Shown here: positions 34,851 through 48,965 of the stretch, in pieces | Layout of the letters: the number at the start of each line of letters is the position of its first letter | Numbering within the stretch: position 1 is the first letter of the stretch | Assembly: GCA_012026655.1 (NCBI GenBank) | Contig: JAAILG010000939.1 | Span: 1 to 64,000, forward strand | Length of the DNA stretch: 64,000 bases | Direction: 5' to 3' | Source of the DNA: Hydrolagus affinis | Lineage: Eukaryota | The notes under the pieces: generated by a model | Database searches by the model: none | The model's input: the letters and a program-made list of their open reading frames with translations, nothing else | What the model was told of the DNA's origin: nothing | Translations under genes and position numbers: made by a program

Positions 34851-36699
34851 AGTTTATCGTATTATAAAACAGTAAAATCAACATGGACAGAATATGCTAG
34901 CTGAAACACAAAGGGTAAGGCAGATTCAAACCCATAAGCTTGTCTAGAGGCAAGCACAAGTCCAGCTGTACTAATAACCTCCTTAGTTATGAACGCCATG
35001 TAAAAAGTAGAAAGCAAAACCAGGGCTGCAGCATAGAGATTTCAAAGTCTTGTTTCAGATCCTAATATGTTAGTTATACTTGACGCTCCCGGATCACAGC
35101 ATTTAATTGTAAAGTTGAACAACAACATATATGGAGGTCTTTCCTTTGTTACATAAAATAAAATGTTTTCTGTCATACTTTGTTTAATGTGTGATTAATC
35201 TTCTCCTTCTTCCCAGGTTACATACAAGCAAAGGCAATTCTTATCTCAGGGGCAAGGGGGCAAATGCATTCTTGCAGCTCTGTGGTTTGTACAAACACAC
35301 AAAAGTCAACTACTGTTAATTGCTTCTGAAAATCTTGAGAATGGAAGCAAGCGTAAACTGAATTCATTTAGCACCCTTTTCTCCTAACATTTCAGATCAT
35401 TTCATTAACACAAATATGATCACTTAGGCACATTGGTGAGTGCAGCAAAAGCACATTTCTTTCTAGTGCAAATTTCTTACAAGTGCATAAAATCACAATC
35501 TTGTAAAACTTGTGCTATTTTATAGTAACAATGGTTGTGTGGCTTTCTCCTCAGTGTAAAAAAATGCAGAAAATATTTATATACAACCATGGTACACTTT
35601 GAAGACAACTTTCCTCCTGTAGTTTCCGACTTTTCTAAATTAGTAAGGATCATTACAACAACATTTGACAATTGACAATGCTGTCACAAGGCTTTTGTCC
35701 AGAGTATTGAATTAGAACTTCATTTTATACTAATTGGATAAACAGATTACCCATATTTCTTGTACTGGAACATTTCAAAATGCAATTAGAAGAACTTTTT
35801 CATAATTTGATTAGCTATATTTATGATTAAATTAATAATTTACAATGTTGATGCATAGATACTGCAAAATTGCTACTGAAGTCTTAAAGAGTTAAAGGAA
35901 AGGTCAGACTGGAGTCCTTTCTGAAGGAAAGAAAATGTCACTGTAAATAACCAATTTTAGATTCAATAATTGTACAATAATTTTCATCATGAGTACAATT
36001 TGTTTCTCCTCGACTCAGATGGAGGACAAGATCTAGTCACCAACAGTATCTGTTGATAATAGTTCTGTATTTGAAGATAAAAAGTACTAAATTATTTGAC
36101 TTTTAAACACTCCTACAAAAAGCCTCATTAAGATCCCCTGTGCAGTTTTTCTAGCATACTATTCGCCCTCTTCCAATCCCACTCTACCTCGATCCAAATG
36201 ACATCATTTTATCTTTTTAAACAGAGTAGTGTTTTAGCTCAAGTATGCATCCCTAATGATTTTTCTTCCCCTGCACATACCAGGCCTGAATGCCAAGTAA
36301 CCCTTCATTATATCAAATCCCAGAAGAAAAGGAACCCTTTTGTACTGAGTAGACACTATTTAATGAGAAATGAGAGTGCCCTCTGTCTACCCGACCCCCT
36401 AAAACATGAAATAGGAAACACACCACCAACCTTAAGCAATCTACGATAGGATTAATAATAAATGTATGTAGGTTACTGCAGACGAAAGTAATCTAAAAAT
36501 GCACATGATCTGATGCATTTTATTTATATTTTTAATTTCAAACCTATAAAAATTTTAGATCCAAAATATATGTGGACACTCAGTAAAGCTGCATTATATC
36601 CATACTTGCATATCATTGCATACTTTTCTTTTGGAAATGATTTGTTATAAAACTCTTCCTGTTTCCATTCTGTCAGCTTTGTATTGTAAATGGTAGGTT

Positions 36700-37420
36700 G
36701 TTCATTACTGTGCAGCCAGTGCTCTGTAGTAGTCATTCCTGCCAATTCACAAACAAATCTGCAAGCTGCATTCATGTTTGAACAGCAGCTGTGCCATCAG
36801 CAAATTAAAATCAATTGAAATCTATTTAGCAATGGTTAAAGAGGCTCCCACCCCACCGTTGCTCATTCACTGTGCCAACAGCTCAGTGATGAAACAGGTG
36901 CTTGTAAATTAATTAGCCTGATGAAACACACCTAAAATGATTTTCCCAGAACACTCTGGCAAGCAGCCATCTTGGTCCCAGGAGCTGATCAGCATTCTGT
37001 AAATATTGAGATTTGATAAAGTAAACGCTGCTCTGGCAGCAGATGGTTTAGAATGTTCTGTTGACATCATCCTGATTACTTGGATATGAAGACTTTACCC
37101 CCCTCAGCCCCTCTGGGAGCTGCTGAAGGACTTGATCCCCTCTACAGTTATTTGCCTTCTAATTGAAAACCCTCATTCCCAGATGCAGCATAATGCTACC
37201 GCTCTAAGTATCCGGCTTTGCGCTGCTTGCCTGCTGATATGCGGGTAATTGATTTTGGTAATGCAGGTTAAATGTGACACACAGTGTTTAATGAAAATTA
37301 CTGTGGCCATCATCATTTATCATTTTTACACTTCTAGCTGTCACATTTGCAGTTGTGTACAACTCACTTGCAGATTGGACATAGTTCATCAAAGTTCTTA
37401 TTGGTGTTGCAGCAGAAAAA
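36700..37420. promoter_or_regulatory. Candidate conserved non-coding element / enhancer
   Basis: Repeat-free, no convincing ORF, many TAAT/ATTA motifs, E-boxes (CAGCTG, CAGGTG, CAGATG), YY1-like GCCATCTTG, retained CpGs; conservation not tested. Confidence 0.4.
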
Positions 37421-37587
37421 GGTTTCGCATTTTAAAACCCTAAAAAAATGTACTGCACAGAGTTGATACTAAACAATCACTTTGATATTTCAGACAACAA
37501 CACAAGTATCATTGTAACTAAATGAAGTGTGTGTACAGAATGTGTGGAATCCAAATAAATACTGAGGCAGAATATCTATGCGATTGA

Positions 37588-37700
37588 AAATAATAATAAT
37601 CCTTGCATTTGATATATTACCTTACCACATCTTCAAGACATTTCAAAATGCTTCACGGAATATACTGTAAAGTGAATTGACTGTATATTTTGTGGATCAA
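37588..37700 (-). mobile_element. tRNA-SINE 3' fragment
   Basis: (AAT)n-CCTTGCATTTGATA...TACTGTAAAGTGAATTGACTGTATATT. Confidence 0.8.
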
Positions 37701-40700
37701 ATGTATGAATTCTTAAGCTGCATTTTTACCAAAAATGCAGGCAGCTAGACAAGTCAATTTAGGGTACACAGCAATATGGATGAGGATCAGGAAAGCAAAG
37801 GCAGTGGGGAGATGGATACTGAAAATGAGAAAGTAAATGAAGCAAATGATGAGATACAGGTCTGAGAGTGAAATGTTTGACAACAGTAAACTGATTGCAG
37901 TTAAAGCTATAGTGTGAAACTATTGACTCGAGGGTTAAGGGGTGACTGAGTGTGTTATAATGCCCACCTTATAACCTACCACAACTGCAGTTATATTTGT
38001 TTGATTATACCCTTGGGTAAACAGATTGCATAATTAGAAATTTTTCACAGTTTCTTCCCCCCATCTCAATAGCCTTTATTTAATGATGTCAGCAGGCAGC
38101 CGATCTCTGTTCTACTGCCTGCAGAGCTCACTGTCTGAAGTTTATTACTAGCACTTTAAGTAGTATTGAGCAACTGTAAAAATTATTTTCTTACACATCA
38201 AAGCTGTTATCATCTACAATAATTTAAACGATAACTTACATTTACGGAGTGCCTTTAACGTGCTTCACAGAGCTCCCTGAACTAGGTGGGTGGTGTGTGG
38301 GGCCGGGGGGTTGGGTGGGGAGCAAGAGAAATAGAAGGTTGCCAAAAAGATCTTAAAATGATTTTTTTTTGCTAAATTGGTGTGCTTTGAAGCCCAGCAA
38401 TAAATTGTATGATAACATATACCAACCAAACGCTCCTTGTGTAAATGCCTGTATACAAAGTGAATCACAGATCTTTTTAATTAAGTAGTCAACAACCGAT
38501 GATTAATTTCAGAATTAATAAACCCATGAATTCACCTTACTGGTGGGTGAGCCTTTAGCTACTCTGACCCCACTCTCTGAAAACTAATCCAAGATGCTCC
38601 CAATCTTCCTACTCTTCAAAAATCTATTTTAAAATGCGTTGTTTCAACTGTGCAGTCAACCGTTTCCCCCCACCCCACACCTTCACTCTCCCCTCCCCCC
38701 ATAAAAGCACTATATAAATGTGGATTGTTGCTGTGGTTCAGACCATTGAACAACAAAAATGATTAATTGAGCATTTGACCCCCAAACATTTTAATAATTC
38801 AAACATACACCCGTTCACCTCTGGAAAAAAAATCTGCATTCCTCATAAATTCATGCAACTACCTAAAAACTAGAGAAAATGAGTATCTGCACCAACATAA
38901 TGCCCGCACTAATGGTGTGTAATAATTTTGTAACTATTATGCCTGTATAATCAATCCCACTGGAATAAAACCCCGATCATCAGTATGTTCAGTGAAAGAA
39001 GGTAAGAGATAATATTTTTTGCCTCGATTCCCTTTTCTCAGTTACTCTCTCATGCACAATCCAAGCAATCGGCCTCAATCAGGAGACAAGGACTGTCCAG
39101 TCCACAAGTATCATAATGAATGTTATCAATATTGCTCTTCAGCCAACCTGCAGGGGGTATGTACTAGCAGCACAGCTAGGAACAGTGTGTTCCTCCCCCT
39201 CCACACTCCACCACCACACAGCTGGGACTGACACGTTTCCCCAAGGGAGGCCTGAGTATGAATGGTAGCCAAGACTCGCTCTGAACTCCAGGCTTTTGGT
39301 TGAAAATCCAGTGCTCCAGTATTGTAGCTACTGGACCACCCAAGAGACAGAAAAAAACCTTAGCATGAAAGACCTTTAACAAACTTATTCATGCATGAGA
39401 AACTATTTTTCAGTAAACACTTGTAGTTGTGCTTCCTGAATGCCTCAAATTATATTCACAGGAAACAATTTAAACCATTTCAGGCATCACATCTCCTTTT
39501 AAATTTTCTTGCTCACATAGGACATCTTATTTTCTAGTGTGGAAGTGGAACAGAAGAGATCATAAATTCTAAAAATGTAAAACTCCCAAGTGGAAACATT
39601 TCATAAATCCTATGCTGAAAACATTAACAAAAGCCAAAAAAAAAGCCTGTGCTTCAAAATAAAGGACACAGGTGGCAGGTCTCTTTGTTTTGACGTGTTT
39701 TGCAAAAATGAAAAAGTGGTCAGCAAAATTCTGCACATTCTACCTCTATATCCACCTCAGTGACCCAGAAAAGAACAGCTGCTGGGAGCCTAATTGGCAC
39801 ATCCCATGCACAGCACCATCATAGAATGGTAGAGCGAGAACCTGAAAGAAGTGACACAGTGGTAAGGATGAGCAAGCAGGCCATGTTGGACATGTTTTTA
39901 AGGACAATTCCTTTGATATGGTCTGTTTTCCCCAATTTGTTTCAATACTGGAGGAGTTCATGCCATTTTCTCTAAACCTCCTCATGTAAAGAAACAAATT
40001 CCAAAGAAAACTGTATGGGAGATTGTTTTAGAATACAAACACTTCATCACTCAGCGAAGGGGGCAGAATCCTTCCATATTAAACATATTAGAATTTCTTT
40101 ATAAAAAATATGTATGATGAAAGACTAGTTACAATGGTAAAGTAATGGATTCTAGCCACAGACAATTAATATTCATACGACTCCTCTGAAAAATACAACC
40201 AGTCTCTTTCCAAATGTTGGTTTATTACTGTTTTAACAATCCTGTATTTACGAAAACCCCAAACTTAACATTTAAATGCTGCACATTTTAGCTAGTCCTG
40301 ATATTTGTTTTTTGACACCGCAAAAGTGCATACATTTAATTGAGGAAAGAGCCAAGATAAGACAGGATTATTGCTGTAATTCTCAGCAACCTTGCTGGAA
40401 AATAAAAATATTTTGTTTGAAGCCAGGAACCCTCTCAGTACATAAAAATGAGTTAGGAAAATCTTAAAACAAAAATAGCCCTGTCAATTTTTTATTTAAT
40501 TGGTTTCTGCTGTTTAAAAACAGCTTATCTGGTCAACATTTTAGCCAGAGTTGGTTGAGGACATGCTGTTATGTACTAAAGCAGCTTTCCCATATCGCTC
40601 TAGAGAGCTAGAAAATCATTCCTTTGTTATTACCAGAGAAATATCTGTTAAATCCACTCATGTATTGATTAAGGTTTCTGTAAATCCCTGCTGGCAAACT

Positions 40701-41199
40701 TTAGTGGAAATCTGAGCATTCAGCACAATTTTACTGTGATATATCAGTACAGTTAAGTGCTAGTGAATAGTCCCTTCATGCACAATTGTTATAATCACTG
40801 ATGATACATGCAAACTTGGGTAGAGATAATTTGCAGTACTACAACAGATAGTTTTGCTGCACATAGTTTTCAAATGGATCAATTTTCTGGTGATGGACTT
40901 CTGAATATTTTTATTATAAAAGCTTCACACAATTTGGAAGAGTAAATAAAATTTCATCCATTCTTAGATAATGTACAAAAAAATGCCACAAAGAAAGGCA
41001 GGGGCTTTACATTCAAACAACGATATTTTCAGAAGCAGGTTTCTAGTCACACAAATTATGGTCTTCAGTAGTTACCTTGGAATTGGAAGTTTTTTTTTAA
41101 TTACCAAGATTGAATGTTAATCATCCCTTCTTTATTAATAAACATGGCAAATAATCATTTAAATTCACTTTTTTTTATATTTAGCAGAAAACCTCATAT

Positions 41200-41460
41200 A
41201 ACAACTACTCGCCTTTATATAGCACGCTCTTACAGGGCGGCATCTCAGAATGCTTAGCTGTGGCAAAGCACAACGCTTACCCATGACGTAGGGAGGAGGT
41301 GACCCTAAGCACGGTTAAAGATGGAGTCATGATCTGAAAAAATGGAAGGGACAAGGCAGAGGGATTGAGGGAGAGAGTTCAAAAGCTTTGTGGCATAGTG
41401 GCTGAAAGCACGGTCGCCGATGGTGGAGAGAAGGGGACGAGAAACAAGCAAGAAGCCGAA
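41200..41460 (-). mobile_element. Old L2 3' end
   Basis: ACAAC..TTTATATAGCAC tail; GAGAGAGTTC..GGCTGAAAGCACGG..GATGGTGG. Confidence 0.6.
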
Positions 41461-41779
41461 GCAAAAAGGTTATCTTATTCAATAATATCTTATTTGCCAA
41501 GATACAATTTGTCTGGATCAGACGTGAACTGGTTACTAAGAAATGAAGAAACAAATTAACTATTACTATGAGTATAAGAAATCTTGAAGTTCAATTTAGT
41601 TCAAGTTGAAATTGCTGCATTTTCATCATTGATTCAGTACGTGATTCAAAGACTGCCCAATCAAAAGAGTGCACTGTATTTTTTGCACCACAGGTAGAAT
41701 GTGACGTGCCTACTTCATGTTTTACTAACCATACAATTCTCAGACTCTGATTCTGCTATTCTTATATAAATAGCCATTC

Positions 41780-41980
41780 TGCCTCCACGCTCTAGAAGTC
41801 AGTCTCAGACTTCCTCCGCCTCATGCCCTCATTCATCACATTTAAAATCCTATCTTTTTTACCGTACTTTCAACCACCTTCCCCACATCCCCTCTTCAGC
41901 TCTCTCACTCCCCCCACCACCCGCTCAGGCTCCTATTCAGCGGGGGATGCTTTGCAACATCCTCAAAATATGAAAGGTGC
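41780..41980 (+). mobile_element. Old L2 3' end
   Basis: Pyrimidine-rich 3'UTR ending GCTTTG..CATCC..TGAAAGGTGCT. Confidence 0.55.
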
Positions 41981-42268
41981 TGAGTCCTGTAGCACAGTGA
42001 TTAGAGCACTTACCTTTCAAGTGAGAGACCTGGGTTCAATTAGACGCAGGGTGAAACCTTGGGAAGGTTTTCTTATTCCACATGCCTAATAATAATAATC
42101 CCTCAAGAAAAAATAATAATTTGGTCACTCAATCCACAATTGTTTGTGGGACACAATTGGCTGACAAATATACAGTCAATTTACTTCACAGTATATTCTG
42201 TGAAGCTCTTTGAGACGATGTGAAAGATGTGAAAAGCAAATATCAAATGCAAGGATGATTATTATTCA
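41981..42268 (+). mobile_element. tRNA-derived SINE, full length
   Basis: GAGTCCTGTAGCACAGTGATTAGAGC (A box) ...GGGTTCAATT (B box); body; (TTA)n tail. Confidence 0.9.
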
Positions 42269-44050
42269 TATATTGTTGTTGTCTAACTATTGTAAGTCGA
42301 CCAGAACAATTTGTTAAAAAATAGAAAAGGTGTACTAAAGAGATTTATTGTACAGACAATGATAAATGCTCAATGGCTTGGTGCATCAGCACCCTTTAGT
42401 ATGTGTAGACATGTTGCATAAAGAGACCCAAAGCAAAAACAGATGAATATATATATTTTGGTCAGCCAGGTAACACATGGAGAAACTCATCAATATGCTT
42501 AAGAGTATCCAAACCAAGATGAGAAATTCCATGCATCTCAGTTATTCTAAATTAAAAATGTATTCATATTTGTTTGAGACTTAATAAAATGATTTTGATT
42601 AAATGCTCACAATTTAGCTATATACAAAATCATAATACAGTAATGTAAATCAAATAAAAGATGAAAGGAATCTTATAAATAGTTTAATAAAGTTGGCAAA
42701 ACTATGAAGGAATACAAAAGGCTGATTTGTTACTTTCTTGAAATGACTGATGATATTAAAATATCACTAATCATCAACTCTATTGTATCCCAAATTTCAA
42801 TAGTACAGTATCCCATTAAATCTAGTAATTACAACATCTTAAGAATCACATAGACATGGCTAAATAGCTCATATCAACTTGATTTAAGCCTTTATTACTG
42901 TGTACAAGGATATGTGTTGTGCGGCTTTCACTAAAGATCAGTGTTGTGGAAAAGGTAAAAAATGGTCAAATGTTTAAGCTTTTGTCATTGCCAGAGTGAG
43001 TTCTAATTAATAGTAGTTTATCTTTTTAATATTTGTTGCCAGATCAATATGAAAACGACTCAAACAGAAATGCTCAACTAAAAATCACATATTGGAACCT
43101 AATTTGTGAGATTGTTTAGTAAAGTGTCTGAGTTCTACAAACAGATAGTTGTATCAATTAGGGCTCCTTTCCATAATCCAAAGTGCATTACACTGACCTG
43201 ACAGAACAGAATTCCAATGACACCTAGTGATCTACTTCTACTGTTACCATGAGTAAATAGGAATTTCAATGAGAGTCTTCTTTACAACATTGCATTAGGA
43301 AATTCCACTAATTAGTCTCCAATATTTGTACTACGGTACAGTATATGGAAATATATACACCAGTGCAAGAAAAAAAATCCTAAACATTCTTCTATAAAAT
43401 TTGGGAAAATAGAGTTTTCTCAAGTTTAGAAAAACATAGTATACCTAAAAGATATCAAAAACGTTTTCATAATTTACTGTTTTATTATCATTTCATATTT
43501 GTTTATAAATGATAATGGACAAGTTTAGAATTCAGAACAAAAACTAAAAGGAACAATTAACAACAACAACACAATTACATTTGTATAGTGCTTTTCACGT
43601 CAGGAGGATATCAAGGCGCTGAATTAACCTGGAGACACTGACATTTTGAAATATTACATATTATTAATTTCTCTGTGAGCGTATAAATGATCGTTAGAGA
43701 CATTGGGATGAAGAAGGCTTCCAGTCCACTGAGCTCATGTTTCCAGAATACGAACCATACTTAGTCCCAACAGTACTCCCCAAGAAAAGCTGATTGCATT
43801 GGCAATTTGTAGCTTTATATATTCCTTAGCTAGAATTTACAATTCTGCTTTGTGCTTGTCATTTTTATGCTTTGCTCATTGAGCCAGATTCAAATGCAGA
43901 GGTGAAATCTCTTAGTTGTTGTAATGTGAAATTGTTCGTCGTTGAAGCAGGAATATAAGAAATAATGTCAACTTTGTATGATTAACTCACGAAGCACTGG
44001 ATTCAAAAGTTGTATGTTAGCCATTTACCAGCTCATAATTGAATTGTGTG

Positions 44051-44106
44051 CCTTTCCACCAGAACCTTTCCACCAGAACCTTTCCACCAGGACCATTCCA
44101 ACAGGA
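44051..44106. repeat. 14-bp tandem repeat, ~4 copies
   Basis: CCTTTCCACCAGAA x2, CCTTTCCACCAGGA, CCATTCCAACAGGA. Confidence 0.9.
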
Positions 44107-44489
44107 AGCCAAGTTTATTCCTTTGAAAACCACATTTATTGTCTGAAGACTCAGTTTATGACTCCTTTGCATCAACCCAATTGACAGTTTTAAAGCTTGA
44201 TCCAATGCTTGACAGGATATATAGACTTATAGGGTAATCAGAGCATGGCAAATTTACTTCAGTTGATGTAATCTACTCTCATCCATCAATAAACAACAGC
44301 ACAGTTTCAATTCTGTTTCTTACTTGGGAATTATTTAATGTCTGTAGATGGTACTTCAGGACCCATTTATGCCCTTATTGTCTATTGGTTTCCTCTCAAA
44401 TGTTAGCTGTGGAGATAAATTCAGTGGGCTCAGATGAAAGTTACTTAGGTGGTAGCACAAAAGATATTTTTCTGTTCAATACTTTGCTC

Positions 44490-44509
44490 CACACACACAC
44501 ACACACACA
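44490..44509. repeat. (CA)10 microsatellite
   Basis: Direct reading. Confidence 0.95.
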
Positions 44510-45364
44510 AAGGTAATGCTGAAGGACTACTACAGATGCCAGAATGAGAATAATTTACATAGTTCAAGTTTAACTCGATATATTGTACACATAAATTTAT
44601 TGTTGTGAATTTTATTTATTTTTCTTATTGCAGATCATTTGCGTTGCCATTTTGAGATTTCTCTCTCTCTTTCATTTAGTATTGTTAGATTCATGGAATT
44701 TTGAAAACACTGTTTCTGTAAGAAACATACCATACCTTAGAAGATGACATTGACAAATTTGCAAATGAAGATATCGGATTGTAGCTTCTGATTATAGGCA
44801 ACCAGTTATTCACAACTTTAGTTTGAAAGCCATATCCTAAAAGGGAGGTGTTCCCATTCCTCCCAAACAAGATTGTGTTTTTATCCTACCCCAAAGATAC
44901 TGAAGGTCCCAAGTGGTACCATAAGTGGCTGCATCAAACCTGAAAGACAATGAAGGCCACATAAAGGCTACACAGAGAGCACATCTATATCCTGACCCAA
45001 GTGACATTCTGTATGTTACAAGTTAAAGAACCACAGAAAAAAAAAAAAGCTATGATGGGATTTTGCCTGATTAAGCCCAAACCCACTCCATGTGAATTTT
45101 CGATTGCCAACCTGACAAGAACACTACATCTCTCAGTATTTTCTTTCTCTCATATTTTTCTTTGCTCTTTTCTCCCCCATTTATTTCCTTCTTTTTCTCT
45201 CCTTAATTTTTGACTGCCTCCCATTAATTTAAATGCATCAAATTCATTTGCCCACCACCCACCCACCACACGCAAAAAAAGGATTAATTCGATTTGCTGT
45301 TTTGTGGAGGGATGAAGTTGCACAGATAGTTTGCCAGATTTGCCTATTTCGCAAAGCTAAATTT

Positions 45365-45755
45365 GATATAGCATCTTTTACATTGCAAGGACATCCAAAG
45401 TCTTTCTTAGCATATGCTGTAAAGTGCAGTTACTGGATTTGTAGGCAGACAATTTGGGGCAGCAACATACTACAAACAGCCGTGAAGTGAATGATTAACT
45501 TTATTTGCGAGACTGTTGGCTAGAACACAGGGAGAAACCTTGAATGGTGCTATAACATCTTTAATGTCCATCTGAACACGCAGAAGAGACCTTGGTTTAA
45601 TATTCAATATTCCATCCAAAGGATGGAAATAGTGCAGCACATCCTTCAGTGCTTCATTGGAGTGTCCATTTGGTCTACAAAGTTATCATATGAGACTTGA
45701 ACCCACAGCCTTCTACCTCAGAGGTGATAGAGTTACAAAGTCAGCCAGATTGACT
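45365..45755 (-). mobile_element. Deu-domain SINE
   Basis: GTCCATCTGAAC..CTTGGTTTAA..CATCCAAAGGATGG..GTGCAGCAC..GACTTGAACCCACAGCCTTCT. Confidence 0.7.
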
Positions 45756-47621
45756 CTCCAACATAAGTTCAATATACGTTTAGCACTTCTTTCCATATCA
45801 CCATGTGAGCTGGCATTGGATTGGCATAGAAATCATAGGCTAAGTGATCTCCTGTGATGTACATTCTGTGACTTTGAGTACCAAGGCATTTAGCTAAATC
45901 TGTTGCCGTTCATGAGAAAGTACAAAATCCCATTAAACCCATATTTGTTCAGGTATATACATTTGCTCAGATGTTTTCCCAGTATTTTCAAAAAAAGTAT
46001 AACATTATAACATATTTCTGTTTTACATGACAACAGAAACAAAATCTAACCAACCTATTATTAATAGGAACCTTATATATGTGATACAGATACTTTTTGA
46101 TTTAAAATCAAAGCTTCTCCCTTTATGAACTCCCACCTAAATCTATTCAGTCTTACTCACCAAAATGCTGTAAACATGATTAAATGTTTCAGTTAACTGA
46201 GGCAGCCAATAAACATTACCAAAGCAAAGAGAGTTTGGTTTTATATTTTTCTATTCCATAATTGACAAAAATGAATTTACTCTCCTCGCTTACCTACCAA
46301 GAAATTATAAACAGTTGAATAATTTTACTTCTGAGTGGGATTAGTTCATAAGAACTCTTGCGCACTTTTGCTGCTGTAAAAATTCTGAAATTGAGTCACC
46401 CCTTCAGTCACCTCAGTGTTATAACCAATATTTGATTCTTTCGCTTTACTGCATCCTCTCTGCCGGCAAGGTGAAAAATCTGTCCCACTTGTGCCCTGTT
46501 GGATAACCTTCGATCCATGTTGCTCACTCAGAATTCTGTGCCGAATGACAGGCGCATTCTTCCATCCTGAATCTACATAATCTGCTGTCAAAGACTGTCA
46601 AACAAACGGTTGACTTTTTCCACCCCATTTCAGTAAAATGATCAAAACACCATAAGAAATCTTTTCTCTGTGATAGGAAAAAATCATGGTTGAGAGTTTA
46701 AAATTCACATTTTATCCACACACTGCTTTAAGCTAACAAGCAAATTATGCCTGAAACAACCTCAATACAAGTGTAATGATTCTTGCATCATTGCAAAAAA
46801 AAACTATTACATGCTGCTCTAGATTTTGAATAAACACTATTAAACCCAATTTTTGTACAAAAAAGCATTTCTTTTTATCATCTTAACACAACAATAATAT
46901 TGGAACAACTGCTCCCGGTCTGCGGCAGTATTAGCATATTTTGCCTGTTCTATTGTTTTACAGTGACCTGTATAATAAGTGTCACATCAGCAATGCAACA
47001 AATCAAACATCTGTTAATTTCCCTCTTTCCCACACAGCTGGTAGTGTTATCATGTCACTAGATTTTAATTAATATGATAAGTAACACTTTCAAGCCATTA
47101 TTGTGTTTCTGATATTAAAAAAATGGTAGCTTGTGGTGTTCCTTGGTATTTAGTTCACATCCCTATCATGGTTTAATCTATACGGTGGTGCAAATGCATA
47201 TCAGAAAGGCAGAAAGATTTATTAAGCGATGGGCAACACCATCACTGCTGGGTTAGTAGCATACTGCAAATAAAAATCAGCTTCACATAATGTAGAAAAT
47301 GATTCAAATATAAATAACTAGAAGCTCAGAATTCAGTTAGAATCCTTTGTGCATAGCATAACAATAACCTTATACAAATGTGTATTGACCTGCTCCTACA
47401 CTTTTGAATACCCCTAAGTGAACCTAACGCATCCACTGCAGCCAAGAAGATAGCAACACATTACACCAGTGCCACCTATCTGCTATAGCATGCAATGGAT
47501 ACATTTAGCGAAGAGAGAAAGTGATGTGACAAAGTTTACCAGGGCCCTTTAATGGAACTCTATTTAAACTTTTTTTCTGAATTTCTACCTTTACAGTTGA
47601 GGTTCTACCTACAATTACCAA

Positions 47622-47776
47622 ATTTTTGGTAGATCGGGGTATTAAGGGATATGGGGAAAAAGTGGGAAATTAGAATTGATAGGATTAGTAGAGGTACAGA
47701 TCAGCCATGATCTAATGAATTGGCCGAACAAGCTTGAAGGGCTGGATGGCCTACTCCTGTTCCTTCCTGTGTTCCT
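47622..47776 (+). mobile_element. CR1 3'UTR fragment
   Basis: TTAAGGGATATGGGG...GATCAGCCATGATCT...GAAGGGCTGGATGGCCTACTCCTGTTCC. Confidence 0.85.
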
Positions 47777-48119
47777 ACAGACAGTCTAGTCTGTTTTTGT
47801 TCAAGTAATTTCTGATTCCTTTCCAACAGAATCATAATACTCAACACAGGAGCAGAGTTCCTACAATATGATGTGGTCTGCTTCAAATTAAAAGATATAT
47901 TAATTTATAAATCCTTTTCTTTAACTCATTGTGTTACAAGAGAGTGAAAACTAATTGGAGCTATTTTTGAAACACAAAGTAAGTAAACTTGCTCACTTTG
48001 ATCAATATTTTTTCTCAGAATTACAACCAGAGTTCTGTACAGATATTTCTTACAATTTGATTTTCTGCACTAATTATAATAAAAGATGCAAGTACAATGA
48101 ATCATTATTCAATACTAAA

Positions 48120-48302
48120 AATTGGTAATTTCAATCCACGACTGTTTGTGGGACACTGCTGTACGCAATTTGCTATCGCATTTCGCCCACAAGTATATAG
48201 TCAATTCATCTTACGGTATATTTATTCTATGAAGCACTTTGAGACGTCGATAAGATGTGAAAAGTGCTATATTAAATGCAAGGATTATTATTATTATTAT
48301 TA
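48120..48302 (+). mobile_element. tRNA-SINE 3' half
   Basis: CTGTTTGTGGGACACTGCTG...AAATGCAAGG(ATT)n. Confidence 0.85.
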
Positions 48303-48822
48303 ATTAGCTAATATTCAAATTACACATGTAATTGGTGCTAACTTATGATTTGTACTCGTAGCATTTTTCCACACGATGACCAACAGACAAATTATTTCTA
48401 TTTTTTTTATACTACGAAAAATACAGATATTGTCATTTAACCTATTTTACTTTGCTTGAAGAATAGCTCTATCAAAATCACATTCAGAATCAGATAATAT
48501 TCCTGGGAATGCCAAAAGATAAAGATATAGTTTGTCCGACATTGTAAATAGGAATTTATATTGTGTATTACATGTTAACTAAATATGCTCATGCAAAACA
48601 GTGCTCTGAACATCTTCAACCAGCAATTAAAGAGCTTACCAGGTTGACCTTTCCCTTTTATTATTTAAACAGAAAATGGCTTTTCAAAATATCAATATCT
48701 AAGAGCCAAACTGGCTATGCCAATGAAGTCCTAGTTTATATGAGATTGTCAGTGTTCCATACATAAAGAGCTACCATCCTCGGTTTTCATACAGTGAGGA
48801 AGGCACAAGCAGAAACCAGTAA

Positions 48823-48965
48823 CTTATCACATCTCTGAGACATTTCAAAACGCTTCACAGAAAATATTGTGAAGTAAATTCACTATATATTTTTTGGACG
48901 AAACGCTGTAGCCAATTGAGCACAGCAGTGTGCCACCAACAGTCGTAGATTGAGTGACCAATTAT
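48823..48965 (-). mobile_element. tRNA-SINE fragment
   Basis: CGCTTCACAGAAAATA..GCCAATTGAGCACAGCAGTG..TTGAGTGACCAA. Confidence 0.8.

Noticed and set aside
44051-44106. CRISPR-like array or other prokaryotic system
   Set aside because: Simple tandem repeat without spacers; the window is vertebrate DNA with no operon-like ORFs
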